Shown: positions 8,040-16,239 of the stretch, piece after piece | Numbering within the stretch: position 1 is the first letter of the stretch | Layout of the letters: every line of letters starts with the position of its first letter | Source: Candidatus Saccharimonadota bacterium | GTDB lineage: Bacteria; Patescibacteriota; Patescibacteriia; 2-12-FULL-60-25 | Direction of reading: 5' to 3' | DNA: 32,000 bases | Assembly (NCBI GenBank): GCA_022843095.1 | Contig: JALHOH010000001.1 | Coordinates: 90,001-122,000, forward strand | Notes under the pieces: generated by a model | Told to the model about the DNA's origin: nothing | Seen by the model: only the letters and a program-made list of their open reading frames with translations | Database searches by the model: none | Program-made: the position numbers and the translations under genes

Positions 8040-8094
8040 AAAAAGCGGCAAAGATCGAGGATCCACTGTGGAGAGAATCATCGATCTTTGCCGC
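8040..8094 (-). terminator. Strong hairpin terminator (14-bp perfect inverted repeat plus T5) reading on the minus strand
   Basis: gcggcaaagatcga (8045-8058) pairs with tcgatctttgccgc (8081-8094). The 22-nt loop has an internal tcca/tgga pairing. On the minus strand the hairpin is followed by TTTTTGG. Confidence 0.65.
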
Positions 8095-8097
8095 TAT

Positions 8098-8212
8098 CTA
8101 GTAGGATGTCGTACTCGGCTCTCTCTTTCCGAGGACGACGGGCTGTTGGAGTTCAAGGTTCGTAACCGGCTCTGTTTCTTCTGGCTCGTTCCGGTCTTTC
8201 ATCTTCACAACA
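8098..8212 (-). CDS. Candidate 34-codon small ORF (MKDRNEPEETEPVTNLELQQPVVLGKREPSTTSY), or a non-coding small RNA
   Basis: It sits exactly between a near-consensus promoter and the 14-bp hairpin terminator. The TAG stop lies 3 nt before the hairpin. There is no SD and the leader is about 6 nt. It is below the length cutoff of the ORF track. Confidence 0.35.
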
Positions 8213-8224
8213 GTATCATACCAT

Positions 8225-8253
8225 GTCTTTCAATTTTTGTCAAGCGTACGTAG
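8225..8253 (-). promoter_or_regulatory. Sigma70-type promoter: TTGACA, 17 nt, TATGAT, with TGg extended -10
   Basis: The reverse complement reads cgcTTGACAaaaattgaaagacatggTATGATactgttgtgaagATG. Confidence 0.6.
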
Positions 8254-8301
8254 TCATTTTTCTAGTTTTTATCTATTTTTAGTATATTTTTTGTATAGTT
8301 T

Positions 8302-8330
8302 TTGTCAGAATAATTTTGGCATGGTATACT
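8302..8330 (+). promoter_or_regulatory. Sigma70-type promoter: TTGTCA, 17 nt, TATACT, with TGg extended -10; predicts a leaderless mRNA
   Basis: TTGTCA at 8302-8307 and TATACT at 8325-8330. The ATG at 8337 lies 7 nt after the -10, at the expected transcription start site. Confidence 0.6.
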
Positions 8331-8336
8331 AATCTT

Positions 8337-9167
8337 ATGAAAAACACCTCTCAAAACCACACGCATCCCGCCACCCCCCTTCTGCAAGAACTCGGCCTCC
8401 ATGAGCAGGAGGCGGCTCTCTATCTCCTCTTATTGACCCAAGGACCCCAAAAAGCGCGGGATCTGACGGCCGCGATCGGGATTGGACGTGGAAATGTCTA
8501 TAACTATCTGATGATGCTCGTGCAAAAGGGGCTCGTTTCCGCGATTGAGGGCAAGCAAACACGGTATGAAGCGGCGGATCCGGCGAAATTGGAACAACTG
8601 TTGGCGCAAAAGAAGCAGGGAATTTCCCATTTGGAAGGGATGTTTCAGCAACTTCTTCCGACACTGACCTCCGCGTTCAACCTTTCTACCGGAAAACCGA
8701 CCGTCCAGGTGTATGAGGGGGTGGATGGATACAAACTCGCGCTTCAGGATGTCCTGACCAGCAAAACAGATATTTTGACCTATATTGATGCCGACGCGCT
8801 CACGGGTCCGCTCGCAACGATCGACGCCTGGTTTACGAAAGAACGTGAACGCCGTGGCATTCGCCAACGCATCCTTGTGGCGGACACTCCGGGGTTACGA
8901 CAGGCGTTTTCTGAAAAGACCGCAGGGGTTGAGGTTCGGTTCCTTAAAAACTTCGCCAATGCCTATCGGGGGGCCATGGAACTCTACGATCACCGCATCG
9001 CGTACTTCTCGCTGACCGCTGGAAAATCCATCGCCTTTATCATTCAGGAGCAGACGATGTACGAGCTACACCGTCAGCAATTTGAGTTTCTTTGGACGAC
9101 CGCATCTCCGCAGACGATGACAGAGGAACCGACGCCTGCTGTTCCGGCTCAAAAACGATATACCTAA
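8337..9167 (+). CDS. TrmB-family transcriptional regulator
   Basis: The N-terminal winged HTH (LGLHEQEAALYLLLLTQGPQKARDLTAAIGIGRGNVYNYLMMLVQKGLVSAIEGKQTRYEAADP) follows the typical TrmB pattern, and a C-terminal effector-like domain follows. The track start at 8316 is TTG; I prefer ATG 8337. Confidence 0.8.
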   Translation: MKNTSQNHTHPATPLLQELGLHEQEAALYLLLLTQGPQKARDLTAAIGIGRGNVYNYLMMLVQKGLVSAIEGKQTRYEAADPAKLEQLLAQKKQGISHLEGMFQQLLPTLTSAFNLSTGKPTVQVYEGVDGYKLALQDVLTSKTDILTYIDADALTGPLATIDAWFTKERERRGIRQRILVADTPGLRQAFSEKTAGVEVRFLKNFANAYRGAMELYDHRIAYFSLTAGKSIAFIIQEQTMYELHRQQFEFLWTTASPQTMTEEPTPAVPAQKRYT

Positions 9168-11148
9168 GCGGTCTCCCCGCTTCTCGATCGATCAGGTACC
9201 GCGTCATCACCATCCCCGGATACCGCCGAAACGCCTCACGCATCCGCGCCTCAAGCGCCGGACCCGTTTCGTGCAGGACTTCCACACGGATGCCGTTTGG
9301 CGCACCGGATGCCGTCCAACTGCGCACGACCTGCAGCGTAATCTCCTTTGCTCGTGATCCGTACCGACGCTGGTCATCCCGTCGCATCGAAACCCATGCA
9401 TGCGTCTTTCCATTTGGGAGACGCTCTTCTTCAAATCCCGTCCCCACAAAACCCATTTTCTCCAAATAAAACGCCCCGACATCGCTGTCTGGATAAAATT
9501 CACCCAACACCACTTTTTCTTTGGCAAACTGATCCACGGACGCACGTAACATCGCCTCACCGATGCCCGACCCTTGAATCACTTCATCCGTATTAAAAAA
9601 ATCTCCGCGTACGGCCTTCTGCCCCGCATGCTCGACCGTATCAAACCGCACAAATCCCAAAACCTTCTCCTGTTTCGTCAACAAAAGAAACTCGTGTGGG
9701 GTATTTGTCCCATGCGGAAGCAACTCCGACCGGGCTTGATCAACCGCCGCTGGACGAAGGTGCTTCCAGTTCCGCTCAAGCAAAAACAGCATCTGACGAC
9801 GTTCGTCATCGGATAATTCTTCCGTCCCCTTCCGGACCAACCGCACGCCATGAAGCCATTCCAGCGATCCTTCCACGTTTCCCAATTTTGCCGCCTTAAA
9901 CACCGAAGCTAGTACCAACACATCTTTCGAATGCCGCTCGAGTCCGCGCAAAACCGCCTCCGCATCCGCCTGACGTTCGTGTGAGATTTCGGTAGCCGTT
10001 TCCAAAATACGGAATGCGCGATCCATCAATTCAGAGGTAACCGTCGCAGGATCCATCTTCTTCATCTCGGCATGCGAAACACTGGACCAAAGCGCCTCCG
10101 CTGAGACATCCGCAACACTCCGAATCTCCTCCATACGCTTCAGCACGGTTCGCATCATCGGGACACCTATTTCCTTCGAAAGCGAAAGGATGGACAACGC
10201 GTTTCCCCCACGCTCCTGAAGCGCAAGCAACAGCTTGATCCCCGGAAGTTGGAACGTTTTTGCGTACCCTCGTACTTCATCCTGCATTTCGGGTGACAGG
10301 GTTGGAAACCATTCAGCAAACCGGCGCTGATCTGCAACGGGGAGCGCACGCAACGAATACCCAACCGCCCCCTCAAACACCTGCAACCGCTTCATCCAAT
10401 CCTGCGTCTGCTCCTGGGAAGAAGAAAACGCCATTCGCTCTTCTTCGGTCGCCGGTTTCCGTTCGATGAGTTGCGGACCCGCGTAGCCACGAGTTCCTTG
10501 TGATCCATATTTTACCTGCGACAATCGCGGATCGTCTTTCGACAGAATCTGAAACGTATACGCAAGTTCTTGTTTTCCCTGTTCAGAAAGCTGAAAAATC
10601 CCGCCTACCCCAGGTCGCAGTTCAACGATCTGGACCTCCTTGCCATGCAGATCCTTTCCCAAATAATGGATCACCCCGCCAAGCATCACCTGGCCACGCG
10701 ATCCCACCGCCATACGCGTCTTACGCTTGTCTTCTGCGGTTGGGGATCCGCTGGTAAGCGATGACGAAAAATCTTCAGGGCGAAGCAACCCTCGCGCCAC
10801 CAATTCTCTGCCATGGGTGGAAAGATACGCATGCGGCTGATCGATACGAAGCGCCTTCTGTTCCGGATCGGAGGCGTCACGGATCTGCCCCAAAAACCCC
10901 CATTCATGAAAAAACCGTGTGGAGATCGGTTGCCGATCCGTGGCACCCGGATAACGAACCAACAACTTGCCCTGTTGATCTCGAATTGCGTCACCAAACT
11001 TCGGATGATACACGAGCGCCGTGAACGCGGTTTCATGAAAACTCGTCCCACACTCGGGATACCGAAGCGTACCCCCTCCGTACTGCAAGCCGAACAATTC
11101 CCAGTACCCCAAATAAAAATCCGCTTTCTTCACCACCTCAGGATTCAA
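9040..11148 (-). CDS. Large hypothetical protein (702 aa) with a C-terminal GNAT acetyltransferase-like domain
   Basis: GNAT motif A-like VIQGSGIGEAMLRASVDQFA. The N-terminal ~500 aa has no motif I recognise. TTG start at 11148 with AAAGGAAGAGG upstream. The 3' end overlaps the TrmB gene by 128 nt. Confidence 0.8.
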   Translation of the reverse strand: MNPEVVKKADFYLGYWELFGLQYGGGTLRYPECGTSFHETAFTALVYHPKFGDAIRDQQGKLLVRYPGATDRQPISTRFFHEWGFLGQIRDASDPEQKALRIDQPHAYLSTHGRELVARGLLRPEDFSSSLTSGSPTAEDKRKTRMAVGSRGQVMLGGVIHYLGKDLHGKEVQIVELRPGVGGIFQLSEQGKQELAYTFQILSKDDPRLSQVKYGSQGTRGYAGPQLIERKPATEEERMAFSSSQEQTQDWMKRLQVFEGAVGYSLRALPVADQRRFAEWFPTLSPEMQDEVRGYAKTFQLPGIKLLLALQERGGNALSILSLSKEIGVPMMRTVLKRMEEIRSVADVSAEALWSSVSHAEMKKMDPATVTSELMDRAFRILETATEISHERQADAEAVLRGLERHSKDVLVLASVFKAAKLGNVEGSLEWLHGVRLVRKGTEELSDDERRQMLFLLERNWKHLRPAAVDQARSELLPHGTNTPHEFLLLTKQEKVLGFVRFDTVEHAGQKAVRGDFFNTDEVIQGSGIGEAMLRASVDQFAKEKVVLGEFYPDSDVGAFYLEKMGFVGTGFEEERLPNGKTHAWVSMRRDDQRRYGSRAKEITLQVVRSWTASGAPNGIRVEVLHETGPALEARMREAFRRYPGMVMTRYLIDREAGRPLRYIVFEPEQQASVPLSSSAEMRSSKETQIADGVARTSSAPE

Positions 11149-11169
11149 CGCCTCTTCCTTTGAAGTGGG

Positions 11170-11667
11170 CTAATAAAATAGCGGCTTCGGCTCTCTAACT
11201 CCATTCGCAAAATCCTCTTCGGAGATCACCTGAATATCCGAGAGTGCATCGTGCGCAACCGCAACGGCGCCCTGTTTTGCGTACGCACCATATTTCCCCG
11301 CAGGCTTAAATCGTGGACTGCGTTGCGAAACGGCGCGAAGCACGCCCTTTTCACGAAAACGATCCAGGTTCGCAATATAGAAGCTTTCCGCTTTCCGGAC
11401 AAAACCTTCTTGTTCTAACACCTCTAGAAACGCATTCTGGAACTCTTTGCGTGAAGGGATGGTTTGTTCCATCGTTGCCAGGGTTTCGCCCAGTTTATTG
11501 GGCTCGGTCGCCAACACATCAGCAAGGGCCTGCATTCCCGGCGTCCCAAACTCGTCCTGAAACACCTCGAATTGACGCGCAATCGAGGCGAGGAGTTCTT
11601 TGCGCACCGTTTGCTCTGTACGAGGCGCCTCTGTTCGAGGTGAGCGCGCTCCACGTTCCAATCCCAT
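11170..11667 (-). CDS. Hypothetical protein (~165 aa)
   Basis: The ORF lies in an operon-like position between the rhodanese gene and the 702-aa gene. Start chosen at ATG 11667 (MGLERG...); the start is uncertain. Confidence 0.6.
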   Translation of the reverse strand: MGLERGARSPRTEAPRTEQTVRKELLASIARQFEVFQDEFGTPGMQALADVLATEPNKLGETLATMEQTIPSRKEFQNAFLEVLEQEGFVRKAESFYIANLDRFREKGVLRAVSQRSPRFKPAGKYGAYAKQGAVAVAHDALSDIQVISEEDFANGVREPKPLFY

Positions 11668-11731
11668 ACCGCTTAGGATATCAACCTTCCCAAGAAAAAG
11701 AAAAACCCAGCAGCTGCTGGGGATCCCTCCT

Positions 11732-12043
11732 TTACGGCACCACGACCGCTTTATACGCCTCCAATCCTCCGCGGAGTGAGAACGTCTGCTCGTATCCGAC
11801 GAACGCCAATCGTTGACACGCCTCACGGGAACGTCGTCCGGACCGACAGAACGTCACGATGGGTGTTTTGTGATCCGGCACCACGCGCTCGATGCGATTC
11901 AATAGCCCCTCCAACGGAACGTGCAGGGCACCGGGAATGGTCCCTCCCTCAAATTCATCGATATCGCGGACATCGATGAGGATCGCGCGATCCAGTGGCG
12001 GAACGCGCGCAAGCCAGTCTTCGACGCTTATTTCTTGCATCAT
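11732..12043 (-). CDS. Single-domain rhodanese-like sulfurtransferase
   Basis: Active-site loop CRSGRRS, with the typical LIDVRxxxEF and G-I-PGA context. Confidence 0.85.
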   Translation of the reverse strand: MMQEISVEDWLARVPPLDRAILIDVRDIDEFEGGTIPGALHVPLEGLLNRIERVVPDHKTPIVTFCRSGRRSREACQRLAFVGYEQTFSLRGGLEAYKAVVVP

Positions 12044-12082
12044 GGCAGACCGATCCTACGAAGAATCCCAGATTTCCGCAAA

Positions 12083-12108
12083 CACAAAACCCCAGCTTTC
12101 GCTGAGGT
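12083..12108 (-). terminator. Intrinsic terminator after the 5S rRNA
   Basis: Minus-strand sense: CCTCAGC-GAAA-GCTGGGG followed by TTTTGTGTTTG. Confidence 0.6.
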
Positions 12109-12115
12109 TCTCTGT

Positions 12116-12231
12116 CCGGCGGCGGGCTACTCTTCCAGGACCGGGTTGGGTCCAAGTACCATCGCTGCTAGAGGGCTTAACGACCGTGTTCGGGATGGGA
12201 ACGGGTGTGACCCCTCTGCTTGGGCCACCGG
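12116..12231 (-). rRNA. rrf: 5S rRNA (116 nt)
   Basis: The reverse complement contains CCCGTTCCCATCCCGAACACGG, GTTAAGCC and GATGGTACTTGG. The terminal helix pairs CCGGUGGC with GCCGCCGG. Confidence 0.9.
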
Positions 12232-12649
12232 TCTTGATGCACAGCATTCTGCGCCCCAAGATCGACAGCCCAACCGTGTGAATCCGAATGTTGTATGTGC
12301 AAGGCAGGACACATCCCACTTGCGTTTGACCGTGTCACAAGGACACTTTGGCGTATTGCTCGCCATCCGATCTGGATGGCCGAAGCATCGGACGATTAGT
12401 ATGGCTCGGCTAAAGGCCTCACGGCCCGTACACCTACCACCTATCAACCTCCTGGTCTCGGAGGGTCCTAAACGAAGACTAATCTTGAAGACGGCTTCAC
12501 GCTTAGATGCTTTCAGCGTTTATCCGTGCCGAGCGGTAGCTACCCTGCGGTGCCCTTGGTAGGACAGCAGGCGCACTAGAGGCTCGTGATTCCCGGTCCT
12601 CTCGTACTAAGGAATCGCCTTCTCAATCTTCCACGCGCACAGTAGACAG

Positions 12650-12745
<96 letters not shown>

Positions 12746-13309
12746 CGATGGGCCGACATCGAGGTGCCAAACCTGGTCGTCGCTGTGGACGCTCGGACCA
12801 GATCAGCCTGTTATCCCCGGAGTAGCTTTTATCCGTTGAGCTTCCGCCGTCCGATATCGTACGGTCGGATCACTATGTCCTGCTTTCGCATCTGCTCGAC
12901 TTGTTGGTCTTGCAGTGAAGCCGGCTTATCCCATTGCGGAATCGGCGCGATTTCCATCCGCGCCTAGCCGACCTTTGTGAACGCCTCCGTTACCATTTGG
13001 GAGGCAACCGCCCCAGTTAAACTACCCACCAGATCCTGTCTCCCAAGCCGGATTCACGGCTCGAGATTAGAGTAACGAAAGGGGAAGGGTGGTGTCTCAT
13101 CGGCGCCTTGCGGCTCCCACCTACACTGAACATCCCAATCCGGTACCCAAGATCAAGTTGTAGTAAAGCTTCACGGGGTCTTTTCGTCTGACTGCGCGTA
13201 CAGGGCATCTTCACCCCACTTGCAATTTCACCGAGTCCCACGTTGAGACAGTCGCAAACTCGTTATGCCATTCGTGCGGGACGGAACTCACCCGTCAAGG
13301 AATTTCGCT

Positions 13310-13556
13310 CTTCGTTTCCTTTCTGACGAAGGACCATCTCTTCATCCATGTTTCCATGGAGCATGACGTATGGCCTCTGAGGGATCCGACGAATCGGACT
13401 TCCCTGCTGATATTTCCGTAGCGAGTAACTCTACGGCTCTTCCCAGCAAATAGTCATGTATGTTTTAGGACCAGTTCTGTATTGCTACAAAACGAGGCAG
13501 CTCTTCCATCCATAATCGTCCCAGTCCTTCGCCAACCCTTCGAAAAGAGTCGGCGA
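13310..13556 (-). ncRNA. Group-I-like intron (247 nt, no ORF) inserted after the E. coli U1931 equivalent of 23S rRNA
   Basis: It interrupts the universally conserved CCUAAGGU|AGCGAAAUUCC. The upstream exon ends in U and the insert ends in G. The insert has R/S-like core elements: CUCAGAGGCCAUA and AAGAGAUGGUCC form a 6-bp P7, and a CCAUG-GAAA-CAUGG hairpin (P8) lies between them. There is also a UCCGA-UUCG-UCGGA hairpin. An IGS-like tract pairs with the upstream exon, including a U-1/G wobble. Confidence 0.75.
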
Positions 13557-14392
13557 ACCTTAGGACGATTATAGTTATCGCCGGCGTTCATCAGCGCTTA
13601 GATTCAAGGCTGCCGGGTTACCCCATGACCTCTCCTCGTGACGTTCTGACACTGGCCAGGCATCACTCCCTATACCTCACCTTGCGGTTTCGCAGGGAGC
13701 TGTGTTTTTGGTAAACAGTCGGTTTGCGTCTTTCGCTGCGGCCCAGCTTGCGCTGGGCAGGCCTTATCCCTAGGTTACGGCCGTTGTATTGCCGAGTTCC
13801 TAAACGCGGGTTCTCTCGTACACCTTGGCACACGTATGCCCACTCACCTGTGTCGGTTTCCGGTACGGTTTCCATGTGCTTAGCCCTAGAAGCTTTTCTC
13901 GGCACCGCAGTCCCAACCCTTGCTCCCCTTTCGGGAAACTCGCGATCGCCCCGAGGCTTATGACCGGCGGATTTGCCTACCAGTCACCCCTGAGCGCCCA
14001 AAGGTTCAATCCAAGAACCTCGATCAGTTGAACGATGCGTCACTCCATCGGAAACACACGGAAGTGCAGGAATATTAACCTGCTGGCCATCGGCTACGCA
14101 TTTCTGCCTCGCCTTAGGACCGACTAACCCAGGGACGATTCTCGTAGCCCTGGAAACCTTGAGTTTATGGTGGACAGGATTCTCACCTGTCTTTTTGCTA
14201 CTTATGCCGACATTCTCACTTCTCTCCGCTCCACGGTGGCTCACGCCTTCCGCTTCAGCGCAAAGAGAACGCTCCCCTACCAGTACATGATTCCGAAGAA
14301 TCATCGTAATCCGCGACTTCGGTACCGCCCTTAAGCCCCGGTAAGTTTTCGGTGCCGAGCAGCTTGACCAGTGAGCTGTTACGCTTTCTTTA

Positions 14393-14430
<38 letters not shown>

Positions 14431-15005
14431 AGCCGCCCGACCTCCTTTGACACTGAGGACGGATTTAGGGACCTTAATCTGCGGTCAAGGGCTGTTTCCC
14501 TTTTGTCCATTGGAGCTTAGCCCCCAAGGACTGACTGCTGGGAACACACACACGGCATTCGGAGTTTGGTTAGAAACTGTAAGCTTGCGCCCCAGTTCCC
14601 ATTCAGTGCTCTACCTCCGCGGTGTTATGGACCAGCGCTAGACCAAAATCTATTTCGGGGAGAACCAGCTATCACCCATCTCGATTGGAATTTCACCGCT
14701 ATCCACACCTCATCCCCGAGTGTCGCACGGCTCGTGGGTTCGGACCTCCATCCACCTTTCGGTGGACTTCATCCTGGGCATGGATAGATCGACGGGTTTC
14801 GGGTCTTGTGGATGCTACGAACGCCCTATTCAGGCTCGCTTTCACTATGGCTTCGCCCCCGCAGGGACTTAACCGAGCAACATCCAGCAAACTCGTCGGC
14901 TCATTCTTCAATAGGAACGCTGTGACGGACTTGCGCCCGCTCCAGCTCTCTTGTAAGCGTACGGTTTCAGATACTGTTTCATCGCCCTCCCGGGCTACTT
15001 TTAAG

Positions 15006-15038
<33 letters not shown>

Positions 15039-15339
15039 GTCAGCGTATTTAGCCTTGGCACATCGTCGTGCCTGCTTCCGGCGGGGTTTCTCGGGCCCCG
15101 TCGTACTATGGATCACACACAGGATGAGACGTCATCTTTCGTCTACCGGGCTATCACCGTCTTTGGCCCCGCTTTCCATCGGGTTCAACTAGAATCATCT
15201 TCTTTCCTTGCTGCACTTGGGAGCAGCATGTTTGTGTCCCTACAACCCCCCTATGACGAAAGCCCAAGCTCGCCCTCCTGCCCGCGGTAAAACTTGCGTC
15301 CTACTCGGTGCAAAAGTTGATCATAAAGGTTTTGGCTCG

Positions 15340-15370
<31 letters not shown>

Positions 15371-15429
15371 ATGCAGGCTTCTTGTCTCGCCCTGACCATT
15401 GCTGATCAAGAGAGACAAGAAGTCTGCGT
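15371..15429 (-). other. ~55-nt expansion hairpin in 23S domain I
   Basis: A 16-bp stem pairs gcaggcttcttgtctc (15373-15388) with gagacaagaagtctgc (15412-15427) with one non-Watson-Crick position. It lies between the conserved GAAACAUCUnAGUA and AGUAGCGGCGAGCGAA blocks, where E. coli has only a few nucleotides. Confidence 0.7.
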
Positions 15430-16075
15430 CGTTTTTCTCTTTTCCTCTAGGTACTGAGATGTTTCACTTCCCTAGGTTCCCTCCTGCCACCTATGTATTC
15501 AGTGGTTCAGGTCTGCAGAGTTCATCTGCAGGGGTTTCCCCATTCGGACATCTCCGGATCAAAGGTTGCTTGCCACCTCCCCGAAGCTTATCGCAGGCTG
15601 CTACGTCCTTCATCGGCGCTGTACTGCCTAGCCATCCACCGTACGCCCTTACGTGCTTCGACCATCCAGATCCTGATCCTGAAGATCAGCACCGGTTGGT
15701 TCGAGCCACCAAGGTGTCTTTGTGTACGTTACATTATTGCAAGTAGATGTGCATGCCTTGCACATACTACATTCTGATTCTCTGAAGATCTTTTCAGACC
15801 TTCAAAAGTTTACTCTGCAATTTTCGATGATCGACCCATCCCGTTTTCTGCCCAAGTGGCAGTGGTCGTGAGATGAGCAAAGAAGAACGTCGAGGTGCCT
15901 CGGCACTCTTCTTTGCGAATCTCTCTTTAGAACAAAAGGACTTGGCTACATGCCAAGTCGGAACTGGAGGTTCCTGCCCTGGCCATTCTCCTCACTTTGA
16001 ATGTGGCGGTGATCTCCATTGCTTCTCTTCGGCCAACCCGCCGGGGAGAAGGTGGTGCTCTCAATTTGTGCCCGC

Positions 16076-16104
16076 ATAATAGTGAAGTCCTGAAGGCCTG
16101 TCAA
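16076..16104 (-). promoter_or_regulatory. Sigma70-type promoter: TTGACA, 17 nt, TATTAT, about 400 nt upstream of the 23S rRNA
   Basis: The reverse complement reads cTTGACAggccttcaggacttcacTATTATgcg. Confidence 0.6.
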
Positions 16105-16239
16105 GAACGGTGGGTTTCATAAAAAAATCCCCATATTTTCTAGTAAAATACGCAAGAGCAAAAGGAAGGCCGATTCGCTCCATTTTTCTGCCTGCATGGT
16201 TATCCACACCGTTCTCCACACGCATGCTACCGTGATGCC

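Noticed and set aside
1-8100. A CRISPR array or cas genes accompanying the Csx3-like gene
   Set aside because: There are no regularly spaced identical repeats. The hairpin motif copies are 0.9-1.3 kb apart, differ in sequence and are separated by genes. I saw no Cas10, Cas7 or CARF signatures in any frame.
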